Virus record (IMG/VR): IMGVR_UViG_3300003323_000465
Span: 6,025-70,024 of that record
Strand: one strand, 5' to 3'
Source: a virus
DNA: 64,000 nt
This document shows positions 29,506 to 39,240 of the stretch, in pieces; the stretch's first letter is position 1, and each line of letters opens with the position of its first letter. The translations under genes were made by a program, and so were the position numbers. The notes below the pieces were generated by a model, which did not search any database, had not been told where the DNA came from, and worked only from the letters and a program-made list of their open reading frames with translations.

Positions 29506-29802
29506 TTAAATTTCTTCGTAAAAACTAATATCATCTTCATCAAATTCAACATCATAATAAAGTTCATCTTCATCAGTATAATATTCTGTTAAATAAGTAA
29601 CATTATCATTATCGATGTGTTCACTACAATAAATCTCATGATTGGGATATTCAGCAAAACATTCATCACAATGCCAATCCCAATAAGTATTATATTCATC
29701 ATCCCATCTTGCCAAACAATCATCACAAACATCATCAGGGCTTATTAAACCCTCTCCACATACTTTGCATCTCTTGTAATCCATAATAGCTATTTTAACC
29801 AT
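29506..29802 (-). CDS. Cys-rich, highly acidic protein
   Basis: Three CxxC pairs and a D/E/Y-rich tail. Confidence 0.55.
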   Translation of the reverse strand: MVKIAIMDYKRCKVCGEGLISPDDVCDDCLARWDDEYNTYWDWHCDECFAEYPNHEIYCSEHIDNDNVTYLTEYYTDEDELYYDVEFDEDDISFYEEI

Positions 29803-30578
29803 CCAGGTAAATCAAGTTCTTGTATTTCATTTCCTACCCAAAATTCATAGCCCCCGCTAAAATCTCCTTTCTCTAAACAATCTTTAAAGTCCTCTGTTTT
29901 CTGTCTTAATGTTAGCTTTCCCCGCCTGATATAATCATCAGAAGCCCTAAATACACCTGAAAGATATGGAGGCTTTTTCTCTACCCAAATATAGTAAGAA
30001 TCAGGGGTGGGAAGGGCAGTATCATAAATTCCATTCTGGATGTGATAACCCTTATCATAGAAATCATTTTGGATCTTCCTATAAACCCCACTCTGTACTG
30101 TCTTTAATTCTACTTTATGGGTTACATTCCCTTCTTCATCACACCCTAAGAAGTCTATATACCCCACAAAAGGAAGCCCATTGTAATCAAACTGTATCTT
30201 ATATTCAGGTGTACCATGCTTTATTAAGGTCATAGCCTGTGAATTGTTCCTGATAGAATTAGCCATACCTTCCGCCTGTTTGTACAGCTTATAGGGAATA
30301 TGCTCTTTCCCTTCATTCGCTGCTATAAAATCTGCCTTTATCTTTTTACCTTCTGTAGTTCTTCCATCACACTCAGGGATACAAGCATATAATTCTTTAG
30401 CCTTTTCTGGTTCTAAAACCATACTATGTAGTACTTTTCCGACAATTAAAGCATCTGTATCTTCCTCATCTTCTTTATCCAAATAATATTGATATAAAGC
30501 CGGGGCTTTTGTGAAATGGAAGAAAGAAGTGAAGGAAAGGGGGCGGTTGTGGAGAAATTCCCAATTAATAGTTGTCAT
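29790..30578 (-). CDS. PD-(D/E)XK exonuclease (RecE/ExoVIII-like)
   Basis: G..LH..VLEP, GYIDF, ELKT and Y..Q..Y motifs, near ERF. Confidence 0.82.
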   Translation of the reverse strand: MTTINWEFLHNRPLSFTSFFHFTKAPALYQYYLDKEDEEDTDALIVGKVLHSMVLEPEKAKELYACIPECDGRTTEGKKIKADFIAANEGKEHIPYKLYKQAEGMANSIRNNSQAMTLIKHGTPEYKIQFDYNGLPFVGYIDFLGCDEEGNVTHKVELKTVQSGVYRKIQNDFYDKGYHIQNGIYDTALPTPDSYYIWVEKKPPYLSGVFRASDDYIRRGKLTLRQKTEDFKDCLEKGDFSGGYEFWVGNEIQELDLPGWLK

Positions 30579-30759
30579 AATAATTATGATCTTAATTCTT
30601 CTAAATGAATTATAGACTTATCAATCACTTCATCATTAAGAGAAATAGCTACGACTAAATATTCTTTACCATATCTGATTTCAGTATCTACTGCAATAGC
30701 TAATTCCCTTTTGATCATCTCTCTTATATCATCCATCATTAGGCCAGTTATTGAATCGT

Positions 30760-31104
30760 TCATGAGTATTTTTCTTTTAACATTTGTAAAAATTCTTTTC
30801 CTTTTTCTGTTAATCCATTTTCATCCCAATAGTTGCCGTCATGGAATAACTGTAAATAGACCCAGAAATTAACGTCATGTCCCCTATATTCTTCTTTTAA
30901 TAATTTATCAGCACCATTTTCCCCTAATATAGCTTCAGCACCGCCACCAACGACAGCCCCTGGATCAATCAAACACCTCCCGACAGCACACATTCTCCCA
31001 TCTAGTGTTAAATATTCGCACATCCCATTGGTAGATGCCCTTCTACTAGTATCTTCCGAATAATAAGTGGCTGTTTCTTCTATAATTTCTAATTTAGTTT
31101 TCAT
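30760..31104 (-). CDS. Hypothetical protein, C-x-x-G/HD class
   Basis: YYSEDTSRRA…CEY…CAVGR…LQLFHD. Paralog of 37519-37917. Confidence 0.7.
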   Translation of the reverse strand: MKTKLEIIEETATYYSEDTSRRASTNGMCEYLTLDGRMCAVGRCLIDPGAVVGGGAEAILGENGADKLLKEEYRGHDVNFWVYLQLFHDGNYWDENGLTEKGKEFLQMLKEKYS

Positions 31105-31106
31105 GG

Positions 31107-31721
31107 TTATTTGGTTATATCGTTAACTAAATCTTTTTGTTCTTTTATTTTCAAAGATGTTGCATGGTCTTTGGCGGCATTGATTATTCTTTCGTCTGCC
31201 TGTAATTCCATCTTTAACTTAGAAAAAGCATCCCTCATCCTCTCTACATTGTTATATTTCTGTAATTCCTTGATGGTTTTAGTAGCTTCTTGTTCGGATA
31301 CTTTAGGCATTTCTTTTTTAGGGGGATCGGCCTTCTTACTAGCACTATTCCCGTCATCATCCTGCCCTACAATTCTAAGCCCCAATATCGCAGTAAGGGC
31401 ATACCTCTTTTGATAGGAAATAAGGCTTCCTACCTCTTGCGGGCCTGCTTTTGTAGGCACCATATTATAAGTAGATTCAAAGAATTCCCCAGAAGGGACG
31501 TGGATAAGTTTGGTGGTAAGGTTATAATCACCTTCGGGATGTTGAGTATAAAGGAGGTCATATTTAGCCAACACCGGATCTACTAATTCCTGTATCCCTT
31601 CAAGAGCCGCATAGTTCTTCCCAAAATAAGGGTTAAGATCTCCTTTTTCGATAGCCGGGACTTCTTTTTTGAAGGCAAGAAGAGCGGCAGATATTTTTAG
31701 TATAGATTGTGATTCTTTCAT
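31107..31721 (-). CDS. ERF-family ssDNA annealing protein
   Basis: NPYF..NYA.L, IH.PSGE, GS.ISY.KRYAL.AILG and DDDGN motifs. Confidence 0.9.
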   Translation of the reverse strand: MKESQSILKISAALLAFKKEVPAIEKGDLNPYFGKNYAALEGIQELVDPVLAKYDLLYTQHPEGDYNLTTKLIHVPSGEFFESTYNMVPTKAGPQEVGSLISYQKRYALTAILGLRIVGQDDDGNSASKKADPPKKEMPKVSEQEATKTIKELQKYNNVERMRDAFSKLKMELQADERIINAAKDHATSLKIKEQKDLVNDITK

Positions 31722-32026
31722 TGTAATGGTTTGTATTTTTTGAGAACTATTGTTTCTTCATATTCTTCTACAAAATGAATGGAAGAAGGATCGAATTTCC
31801 ATCCCCTTTCTTCAGGTCCATCATCACCTGTTGTCTCTGCATCCATGAATCCTATTAATTTATCTTCTAATTTAATAACACGAAAAACATTATTCCACCA
31901 TCTCTTTGTATCCACCACTTCCTCGTGAATATCTTTCTGATAAGATAAGAACTCATGTAATTCATAATCACTCCACACCATTTCATTTCTTTGAAAATAA
32001 TCTTGTAAAAATTGTATTGCGTTCAT
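31718..32026 (-). CDS. Hypothetical protein
   Basis: 102-aa ORF. Confidence 0.6.
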   Translation of the reverse strand: MNAIQFLQDYFQRNEMVWSDYELHEFLSYQKDIHEEVVDTKRWWNNVFRVIKLEDKLIGFMDAETTGDDGPEERGWKFDPSSIHFVEEYEETIVLKKYKPLQ

Positions 32027-32030
32027 ATGT

Positions 32031-32450
32031 TTATATGTTTACTGAATTTATAAGTGCAAAATACGCATGCAAGAAATTCCCTTCTTGGAAGTGTGCATAA
32101 TTGAAAGAAATGTTATTAGTTTGTAACAATAATAATATACGCCTAGCGGCTCCTTTGGGAGTGTTATCAATACCATCCCAATTACCACTAAAACACCATT
32201 CCCATTCATCTGATTCTGGATCTATCTCAAATACTCTTTCACTATATTTGGTCCAACTTTCCCCAGGAAGTTTAGGTAATCCAGCATATGGTCCGTGGCC
32301 TACTGCGCATCCGATACTTCCGCAATTTGTTTGTAAGCGCTGCTCACGATAAAAAGGCTCATCCGAAAATTTACTAATATCGAATTTAGATTCTTTAAAT
32401 TCATTTGTTAATAAATAATCAGCAAGTATTTTTAAATTTTCTCTGTTCAT
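32031..32450 (-). CDS. Hypothetical protein, C-x-x-G class
   Basis: MNR.NL..ADYL…CAVGH…DNTP.GAA.RI. Paralog of 40117-40416. Confidence 0.7.
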   Translation of the reverse strand: MNRENLKILADYLLTNEFKESKFDISKFSDEPFYREQRLQTNCGSIGCAVGHGPYAGLPKLPGESWTKYSERVFEIDPESDEWEWCFSGNWDGIDNTPKGAARRILLLLQTNNISFNYAHFQEGNFLHAYFALINSVNI

Positions 32451-32462
32451 GGTATATGGTGT

Positions 32463-32813
32463 TTATTGCGTTATTAAATGATTCCTTACAATAATTAGCG
32501 CCTGATAATCATCTATCTCTCTTAAATAATCGTACTTCACCAAATGCACAGGCCAATGCTCAGTAATCCACTCCCCCTCACATCCTACACTATGACATTC
32601 CTTTACATAATAAACATGGAGAATATCCCATGCGTTTATAAGTTGGGCATCAAAGAGCGCATACATCAGATGTTCATCTTCTAAAGATAAAGTCCTTCCT
32701 GTATCTTTCCCATCTTCTTTTAACCTATAACTTATCTTTAAATAAAACTTGTCTTTGCCGGCAGATGCAGAAATACCTTCTATTTCAATCTGTGAATATT
32801 TTAGTGACTTCAT
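32463..32813 (-). CDS. Hypothetical protein
   Basis: 116-aa ORF. Confidence 0.55.
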   Translation of the reverse strand: MKSLKYSQIEIEGISASAGKDKFYLKISYRLKEDGKDTGRTLSLEDEHLMYALFDAQLINAWDILHVYYVKECHSVGCEGEWITEHWPVHLVKYDYLREIDDYQALIIVRNHLITQ

Positions 32814-33021
32814 CGGTAGTTGTTTTAGGGATAGGTGGTAAATCTACAAATTCCTTTCTATATAAAGCCCGGACTTTCATAAAGAAGATCTTGTCTTTCA
32901 TCATCCTGTCTTTTAGTTCAGAAAGGAAAGCCATTTGCTCATTTACAGGTAGATCTCTGAAGTCCCATGTGTTTAGAGCTTTAGATACTATTTCGTCTGT
33001 GTATTCTTTAAAGTTGTTCAT
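32785..33021 (-). CDS. Hypothetical protein
   Basis: 78-aa ORF. Confidence 0.55.
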   Translation of the reverse strand: MNNFKEYTDEIVSKALNTWDFRDLPVNEQMAFLSELKDRMMKDKIFFMKVRALYRKEFVDLPPIPKTTTDEVTKIFTD

Positions 33022-33307
33022 TGGGATCAGTTAAGATGAGATAGAATTTTTGAGTGTTGCTGGGAGTATTTAAGACCTCTCTTATTTCTTTAAAAGAGAT
33101 ATGCCCCATTCTATTAACAATAGAATATTCTCTAATTATTTCTCCCTTATACTTACCCATACTCCACTCTTTTACCTTAAAGGCCGATGATACCCAATAT
33201 CCTCCAAAATACCTATCTGCCGCTCGCGCTTCTGCACAATCTTCATTGCAGTTATATTCATTCCCCTCAAAATCCTCTTTTATAAACTCTATTTTAATCT
33301 GTTTCAT
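33008..33307 (-). CDS. Hypothetical protein (DCAEARA motif)
   Basis: 99-aa ORF. Confidence 0.6.
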   Translation of the reverse strand: MKQIKIEFIKEDFEGNEYNCNEDCAEARAADRYFGGYWVSSAFKVKEWSMGKYKGEIIREYSIVNRMGHISFKEIREVLNTPSNTQKFYLILTDPNEQL

Positions 33308-33636
33308 GGTATATCATTTTTAAGATTATCAGAATGTGAATAGGAAAAATTATCAGTAGTTGTTAGGCTCTTTAATAACTCATTCAATCCTTCTGGCCAC
33401 TTTTTAGTTAAGTAAAAATTATATACTACTCCTAATCCAATAAAGGATTCTTTTGATAGTCTCATAGTTTGATTGGATCTTCCTGATGATTCAGGATTTT
33501 CAACTGATAAGCAAAAGGTGCCATCTTCAAGGGAGAAAGCGGATATGTGTCGTCCATTAATAAAATCCATTTGAAAGAAGTCAGTTATCTTTATTTGAAT
33601 ACCAGCAACATTTGCTGTTCCGTAATCCTGTTCCAT
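33304..33636 (-). CDS. Hypothetical protein
   Basis: 110-aa ORF after a promoter. Confidence 0.6.
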   Translation of the reverse strand: MEQDYGTANVAGIQIKITDFFQMDFINGRHISAFSLEDGTFCLSVENPESSGRSNQTMRLSKESFIGLGVVYNFYLTKKWPEGLNELLKSLTTTDNFSYSHSDNLKNDIP

Positions 33637-33640
33637 GTTG

Positions 33641-33672
33641 TAAAATTAAGATGATTTTTCTAATTAGCAAAA
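33641..33672 (-). promoter_or_regulatory. Early-class promoter with palindromic -33 element
   Basis: Minus strand reads TTTTGCTAATTAGAAAAA…TAATTTTA. Confidence 0.65.
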
Positions 33673-33859
33673 TATTTAAGTGTTTATTTCTTGCACTTCG
33701 TGAAAAGCAAACATCCTCCCATTCTCATGTAATATAGCTGTCCTCACTAGCCCTCTAATCTCCCCTGAACTTCTCACAAAATCATTAGTCTGTCTTACGC
33801 TCCCTATTAGCTCTTTCATCGCTAAAATGCGGTTATCAGAGTAGTTAAAACTGAATGTT

Positions 33860-34081
33860 TCAGTAATGTTGTCGTCTTTTAGATAGGTTATCATTTTCAT
33901 GATCATAGCTTTTATGTAGTGAAATAAATACATGCCAGAATGTGTTATTCCAATAGGTACGACCATATTTGATAATCAGGGAAGTAAAATGAAATATAGC
34001 TAAGGTGCTAACAACAGGGATGAGAAGTAAAAATAATACTGTCGCTACCATTCCTGCTAAAAATGCTTTTAAAACTATCAT
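33860..34081 (-). CDS. Small membrane protein
   Basis: Hydrophobic N-terminal half. Confidence 0.5.
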   Translation of the reverse strand: MIVLKAFLAGMVATVLFLLLIPVVSTLAIFHFTSLIIKYGRTYWNNTFWHVFISLHKSYDHENDNLSKRRQHY

Positions 34082-34083
34082 AA

Positions 34084-34308
34084 CTATAGGTTTTTTAATA
34101 CTGGCAATCCTAGTCTTAATCGGTGGGCATTCCTTTTAATAAGCCTGATTCTATCTGCCTGTTTCTTTGTAGGGCCGAATAGTTTGTATCTTATTTTCTC
34201 TATTAGACGTGGAAGCACTTCTAATAAAATCAGGGCTATACACAAAACTCCTAATCCGGGAAGCCAGAAGGGCGCATTTTCTATTAAGATAATAAGTATT
34301 CGTTTCAT
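34084..34308 (-). CDS. Small membrane protein
   Basis: One TM segment and a basic tail. Confidence 0.55.
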   Translation of the reverse strand: MKRILIILIENAPFWLPGLGVLCIALILLEVLPRLIEKIRYKLFGPTKKQADRIRLIKRNAHRLRLGLPVLKNL

Positions 34309-34619
34309 TGGAATATTGTTTGGTGGATTATGCGTAATTGTTCAAGGGATAATGTATAAGTTCCATATGCACTTAATCTCTTTCTTATTTCCGTAGATAG
34401 CTTGTTATATTCTTGCAGATCTTTTACTTCCTCAATAGAGGTATATAATTGTATTTCAAATTGTTGATACTTAGGATAGTATGTTCTGAGGGTTTCAATA
34501 ACCACTTTACTCATTGAAATATCATCTAGATGTAGGTATTTATTACCTATCGAAGATATTTTGTACTCCTTTCCATTTACATTCCATAAAGATTGCCCTA
34601 CTTTTAGGTTGTGTTTCAT
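34305..34619 (-). CDS. Hypothetical protein
   Basis: 104 aa, LKVGQ…IGNKY beta-barrel-like start. Confidence 0.6.
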   Translation of the reverse strand: MKHNLKVGQSLWNVNGKEYKISSIGNKYLHLDDISMSKVVIETLRTYYPKYQQFEIQLYTSIEEVKDLQEYNKLSTEIRKRLSAYGTYTLSLEQLRIIHQTIFQ

Positions 34620-34769
34620 AATATCTTAATTTAATGTGGTATACCCATTTTTATTGCTGTCCAATCATGGAATCTTCCAAATACCGAGCTTTTCCTATTA
34701 GATAAGCATAATAATGGATGCGCAATTGCGTTGTGAATTATAAACCAAAATGCTTTTGTTTTACTTTTC

Positions 34770-35063
34770 CTATTCATATTCTTCCTCCTTTTCTGCTGGA
34801 GGGATAAGACCATATTCCCTCAGGTGGTTATTTATATTAGACCAAAAAATATGGGGAGCGAAGGAAAACCCTTTTGTGAATTGTTCCGCCATGTGCTTTA
34901 CTGCTATACGGGCAAAGGGGGTAAATGCTGTAATTCTTTCGTTTATTACCGAATGATAAAATCCTCTATTGTTCATGTAAGTTTCAAAGAATTTATCATC
35001 TATTTTTGCCATTTCCTCAGCTATCTGGCGGACAAGTTCTTCGTGCTTATTCATAATATTCAT
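34770..35063 (-). CDS. Hypothetical protein
   Basis: 97-aa ORF. Confidence 0.55.
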   Translation of the reverse strand: MNIMNKHEELVRQIAEEMAKIDDKFFETYMNNRGFYHSVINERITAFTPFARIAVKHMAEQFTKGFSFAPHIFWSNINNHLREYGLIPPAEKEEEYE

Positions 35064-35430
35064 GAATTACTGTTTTTATAAATTGCCATCCTAATACCGA
35101 TGCACTTTCCTCGGCCCGGGCTTCATTATCAAAAATAAAAGATTTAAAGCCTTCTGGAGTGCTGAAAATATTTATGTATATAGTCTTTTTGGTGGGAGCC
35201 ATGAAGAGATCATGACTGCTTTGTGTGTAGCTCATACGGCCATTTATTGTATAAGATGCTACCCTTTCCCCTTCCTTACTGTCCACAAGCCCAATTACTG
35301 GATACTTAGCACGTCTATCAATACATATAACTCTTACTTCTTCCCCTTTTCCTGTAACTACTTTTTCTCCCTTCATAGCCCCTTCTGCGTTGAAAGGCTT
35401 TAATTTTGTAAGATCAATTGTGTTATCCAT
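35047..35430 (-). CDS. Conserved Bacteroidota-phage hypothetical protein
   Basis: KPFN.E.A..GE.VVT..G..VRVIC.DR motif. Likely start MDNTIDL. Confidence 0.65.
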   Translation of the reverse strand: MDNTIDLTKLKPFNAEGAMKGEKVVTGKGEEVRVICIDRRAKYPVIGLVDSKEGERVASYTINGRMSYTQSSHDLFMAPTKKTIYINIFSTPEGFKSFIFDNEARAEESASVLGWQFIKTVIHEYYE

Positions 35431-35623
35431 TTTGTTGTCCCTCCGCAGCTTCATATGAATACCCTAATTCAATGTAACTTTCACTCCATTCTTTGGTAAT
35501 CTCTTGTGCTAATTCCTCTATATATTCAGGAGTAGCATTATCCTCCACTTCAAAATATTCTTCATTCTGATGATCAGACAGAAAACCTATTGAAAGGTGC
35601 ATTTTTATTTTAAATCTTTTCAT
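35423..35623 (-). CDS. Small acidic hypothetical protein
   Basis: 66-aa ORF. Confidence 0.55.
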   Translation of the reverse strand: MKRFKIKMHLSIGFLSDHQNEEYFEVEDNATPEYIEELAQEITKEWSESYIELGYSYEAAEGQQNG

Positions 35624-35624
35624 A

Positions 35625-35876
35625 TTATTGTATTTTAATGTTAATTACTTGCCACTCTACTCCTTCTCTTGTCCATCTATATCTATATTCCTTTCCACAC
35701 TCACATTTATGCGTACGTGGTTCTGCATTTACTTCATCAAAGAAATAATCATCATTATAGCCGGATAAATCTATTTTCGTTTTAAATAGGTTATGATTAT
35801 ATCTTTTATCTACACAATCACAATATGTAGTTACAAATAAATCATTACCCCAATGTTCAAAAGGAAGTACTTTCAT
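35625..35876 (-). CDS. Hypothetical protein with CxC…CxCG
   Basis: 83-aa ORF. Confidence 0.6.
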   Translation of the reverse strand: MKVLPFEHWGNDLFVTTYCDCVDKRYNHNLFKTKIDLSGYNDDYFFDEVNAEPRTHKCECGKEYRYRWTREGVEWQVINIKIQ

Positions 35877-35877
35877 G

Positions 35878-36081
35878 TTATTTAGTTTTTAATATTATTA
35901 TATCAGCGTATTTAATAGCTAATTCAGTTAATAATACCGGATCAGGCTTTATTGAAAGGGCTGGATTGGAAAGAAGCCCGGATAAAAGAGATACTACAAT
36001 ATCTAATCTTTTCTTTTGTGCTTCCCGGTCCATTTCTCTCTTAATTATTCCTGAATGACTACCTGGACGTGGTGGTATCAT
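35878..36081 (-). CDS. Hypothetical protein
   Basis: GLLSNP…AIKYAD motif common in phage small proteins. Confidence 0.6.
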   Translation of the reverse strand: MIPPRPGSHSGIIKREMDREAQKKRLDIVVSLLSGLLSNPALSIKPDPVLLTELAIKYADIIILKTK

Positions 36082-36162
36082 AATTGTTTGTTATTTCTCC
36101 CAAATATTGCCCCTACTAGCATAGTAAGTATTACAATAATTAGGTAGGTGAGTATAATGTAT

Positions 36163-36360
36163 TTACAGATCATGGGATTCAAGATTTAGCTCTTCGTTTA
36201 TCTGCCAGCACCATTTCCATTCTCTTTCTAACTCCAAACTATTATCCGTACAATCCCCATCATATCCCCTTCTGAACTTCAAGAAATTATCTACATAGTC
36301 CTGCATGTCGGGGAAGTTTTCTATAACCCATTTTGCGCGGGTTGGGGTAGGTTCTGTCAT
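36163..36360 (-). CDS. Hypothetical protein
   Basis: 65-aa ORF. Confidence 0.55.
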   Translation of the reverse strand: MTEPTPTRAKWVIENFPDMQDYVDNFLKFRRGYDGDCTDNSLELEREWKWCWQINEELNLESHDL

Positions 36361-36363
36361 GGG

Positions 36364-36885
36364 TTAAAAATTAGGGGTGGGGATTAATAATTTATAAAGT
36401 CCATTATCTTCCCATTCCCACGTATAAGAGGGATCTAGTAAAAAACATCTTCTTGATAGTTCAGAAGAAGATGGCCAATATTCTGCAATCCTAATCCCTG
36501 TAACTCCATAGCCAAATATTGATATAGTGGCTTCTGATTCAAGTTTTTTTATTAATCCTCTTTCAGGTTTAAATACTTCGGGGAATAAGGTTTTTAATGT
36601 GTCCTTAGCTGCTGGACATGTTGCAACTGCTTCTAATATTTTTTCTTTAGTTATTTTAAGTTCCATTGGATTTGATTTTAAAGTAAATTGGTTTGGATTG
36701 ACAAAATATTCGACTCCTGTATCTGTTTTTATTTTAAGATACTCTCTATCCCTTCTGGCATCCAAAGCGACATACGCCTTATTCACAGTACAATAATTTA
36801 TAGCCCACGAATTTTCTGCACAATCGGGATGTTCAGGCGCATCAGGATTACTAAAAACAACTATATCTCCAGGTTTAAATTTCAT
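36364..36885 (-). CDS. Two-module hypothetical protein (paralog B)
   Basis: MKFK.GD.VVF…WA..YC…VNPNQF.L, then …L..LFP..F. Confidence 0.65.
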   Translation of the reverse strand: MKFKPGDIVVFSNPDAPEHPDCAENSWAINYCTVNKAYVALDARRDREYLKIKTDTGVEYFVNPNQFTLKSNPMELKITKEKILEAVATCPAAKDTLKTLFPEVFKPERGLIKKLESEATISIFGYGVTGIRIAEYWPSSSELSRRCFLLDPSYTWEWEDNGLYKLLIPTPNF

Positions 36886-36886
36886 G

Positions 36887-37471
36887 TTATTGGTTTTTAG
36901 GAGTTGGAATTAAAATGTAACCATTATCCATTTCATCGGGATGAGGAATAACTTCCCATTCATATTTTTCTGATAAATAAAAAGCCCTTTCATTTAATTC
37001 ACTTATCTCATCATCATCCCCACTATTCAGTATGCTAATACCTATCTCATCATAAGAAGTATATGATAATTTAATATCCATTGGAATTGTCTTTTCCAAT
37101 CCTTTCTCCTTTTCAAAAGCAGCTGGAAATAACTGTCTTAATTCCGCCCCCACTTCTTCATTCAATTTAGCGAGGTAGTTAATGTTTTCTTTACTTAATA
37201 CATATTCGTTCATGGTAATAGTTTTTTCTGAGTCTGTGGTTGTATCTGTTTCAGGGGCTAATTCAAATTGATTGGGATTTACATATAATACAGCTGAAGT
37301 ATTAAATCTAGGAACAAAAATTCCTATATATGATTCTGCCGCTTCCCCCACTTCGTATGTTTCTTCAGCCCTACAGTATTTTCTTGCCCAGAAATCACTC
37401 ATATCTTGATGCTCAATAGTATGAATATAGGTATATTTAAATACCACCTTATCTCCTTTTTTGAATTTCAT
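36887..37471 (-). CDS. Two-module hypothetical protein (paralog A)
   Basis: Same motifs as its neighbour. Both end LIPTP. Confidence 0.65.
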   Translation of the reverse strand: MKFKKGDKVVFKYTYIHTIEHQDMSDFWARKYCRAEETYEVGEAAESYIGIFVPRFNTSAVLYVNPNQFELAPETDTTTDSEKTITMNEYVLSKENINYLAKLNEEVGAELRQLFPAAFEKEKGLEKTIPMDIKLSYTSYDEIGISILNSGDDDEISELNERAFYLSEKYEWEVIPHPDEMDNGYILIPTPKNQ

Positions 37472-37484
37472 AGTTTTGTTTTTA

Positions 37485-37516
37485 TAAAGGTAAACAGTAT
37501 TTTGCTATTAAGCAAA
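37485..37516 (-). promoter_or_regulatory. Early-class promoter with palindromic -33 element
   Basis: Minus strand reads TTTGCTTAATAGCAAAA…TACCTTTA. Confidence 0.7.
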
Positions 37517-37518
37517 TT

Positions 37519-37917
37519 TTATTTGAAGGAATTGTATATTTCTTGTAATTGGTCATGGGTAATGGAAAGATTATGTTCTGCAATGATTGATTTTACCAGA
37601 TCTTCTCCATCTCCACTTAATCCCTTACTTTCTTGCCAATAATGGCTCACATCATGCAATTGCTGAACAACATTCAAAAAACGATTTTCCCAATGACAGA
37701 GAGGGGATGGCAGTTTTCCTTTTATTTGTCCGACCATTTTGCCTTCCATGTTTTTATTATATGATTTATCATCAATAAATCTACCTATTGCACATTTTTC
37801 TCCAGTGGATGTACGGTATTTACAAGAGGCCCCACGTTTTGCCCTTCTACTAGTATCTTCTCCATAATACCTTATTGTATCTAATAAAAATTCTTCTTTT
37901 GTTTGTGGTATATTCAT
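37519..37917 (-). CDS. Hypothetical protein, C-x-x-G/HD class
   Basis: YYGEDTSRRA…CKY…CAIGR…QQLHD. Confidence 0.7.
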   Translation of the reverse strand: MNIPQTKEEFLLDTIRYYGEDTSRRAKRGASCKYRTSTGEKCAIGRFIDDKSYNKNMEGKMVGQIKGKLPSPLCHWENRFLNVVQQLHDVSHYWQESKGLSGDGEDLVKSIIAEHNLSITHDQLQEIYNSFK

Positions 37918-38102
37918 TTTTCAATTTTTAAAAGTTGGAAATTCATAATAACGACTCTTCCTAATTCAGGGTGTTTTTTATTTAACTGTATTTGAATCCT
38001 TTTGATGTCTGAATAATCATCTAGAGGGACGTCCATGATAACTTCTCCATTCCCTTTGTTCATATTATCCCCAAAATAAGATACAAAATAATAGTACTTC
38101 AT
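37914..38102 (-). CDS. Hypothetical protein
   Basis: 62-aa ORF with 4-nt overlaps. Confidence 0.55.
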   Translation of the reverse strand: MKYYYFVSYFGDNMNKGNGEVIMDVPLDDYSDIKRIQIQLNKKHPELGRVVIMNFQLLKIEK

Positions 38103-38749
38103 TGTTGTTTGTTTTTAATGTCATGTAATGCGGCTAAGATGCGTTGTTTGGGAGTGGGTTGAGGGTAATTTCTATCTAGGCCATCGTTTACAGACGATAT
38201 AGATATATTATGGCCTGAAGCTATATCTATTAGTACATTATATATCCCCAAGTACTGGCAGTGTCCCAAAGCACAGTGTTGCCCTAGATGGTTAGTAATT
38301 TGTCTTGTACACCATTTATTTTCCGGAATTTTACTAAAGAAATCAATAAAATAATCTACTGTATACATGGTTTGGAGGTTAAAAAGTGAAAGTTTAGTGA
38401 TTTGAATGTTATATTCTTCTTTCATTGTAGCTAATTCCTGTTCTGCTTTTCTAATTATCTCTGCTCTACATTCTAATTCCGTGTCTATTTCCGCAATTAA
38501 ATGATCAATAACATGACCAATATATGAATCATTGTCTGTTTCTTCAACAATCTCACAATCATCTATGTCAATACATCCTCCCCCATTTGTGCCGGGTATT
38601 ATAGGGACACAATAACGCTTAGAATCATATACATTAACAGTAATTATTTCACCTATTTTATCCGCATACCAATAAGTATGTTTATTGCTTTTAATTATTC
38701 TTACTTCCATATAAAGTATTTTAAAGTTTAAAATCTTCCGTTTTCCCAT
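38099..38749 (-). CDS. Apparent in-frame fusion: YWY..KIG module plus C-x-x-G/ND module (internal start 38368)
   Basis: The last 89 aa (MYTVDYFI…) are paralogous to the stand-alone genes at 39618 and 40403. Confidence 0.6.
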   Translation of the reverse strand: MGKRKILNFKILYMEVRIIKSNKHTYWYADKIGEIITVNVYDSKRYCVPIIPGTNGGGCIDIDDCEIVEETDNDSYIGHVIDHLIAEIDTELECRAEIIRKAEQELATMKEEYNIQITKLSLFNLQTMYTVDYFIDFFSKIPENKWCTRQITNHLGQHCALGHCQYLGIYNVLIDIASGHNISISSVNDGLDRNYPQPTPKQRILAALHDIKNKQQ

Positions 38750-38915
38750 TCCTCATTATCTCTATATGCCAATTCCCTTTTGATCTTAGCGGCAGAGAAG
38801 AGGGTTGGAATGCCTATTTCGGCATTAGAAAGCATAATCTGTAATTCAGCTATGCTGTAGGTTGAAATCTCGTTTGTTGTGGTGTTCATTGTATAAGATT
38901 TAAGAGATTAAGAGA

Positions 38916-39236
38916 TTATGTGATTATAAAAGTACATAAGGGATGATCTTTGCAATACCCTTGTATTCTTTTTAAATACGCCAAAGCCCCTTCATAATTT
39001 CCCCATCCATTTGTAGGGGCCAGTTCTTTAAAAAAACCTGATTCATCTTCCATTTTCTTAATAGCCATTTCTAATACACTATCTACATATCTTGCATTGG
39101 CTCCACTCAACTCTGTAATAGATTCGCCAATTGCTAATGAGAACATAGGCGATACATTGTAATTATAATCACCAATATCAACTACTTCATGCCATGAATT
39201 TCCGGTATATATTATTAAAGAAGCATCGTAACTCAT
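38916..39236 (-). CDS. Conserved phage hypothetical protein
   Basis: YNVSPM…P.NGWG.YEGA motif. Likely start MSYDASL. Confidence 0.65.
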   Translation of the reverse strand: MSYDASLIIYTGNSWHEVVDIGDYNYNVSPMFSLAIGESITELSGANARYVDSVLEMAIKKMEDESGFFKELAPTNGWGNYEGALAYLKRIQGYCKDHPLCTFIIT

Positions 39237-39240
39237 AAAA

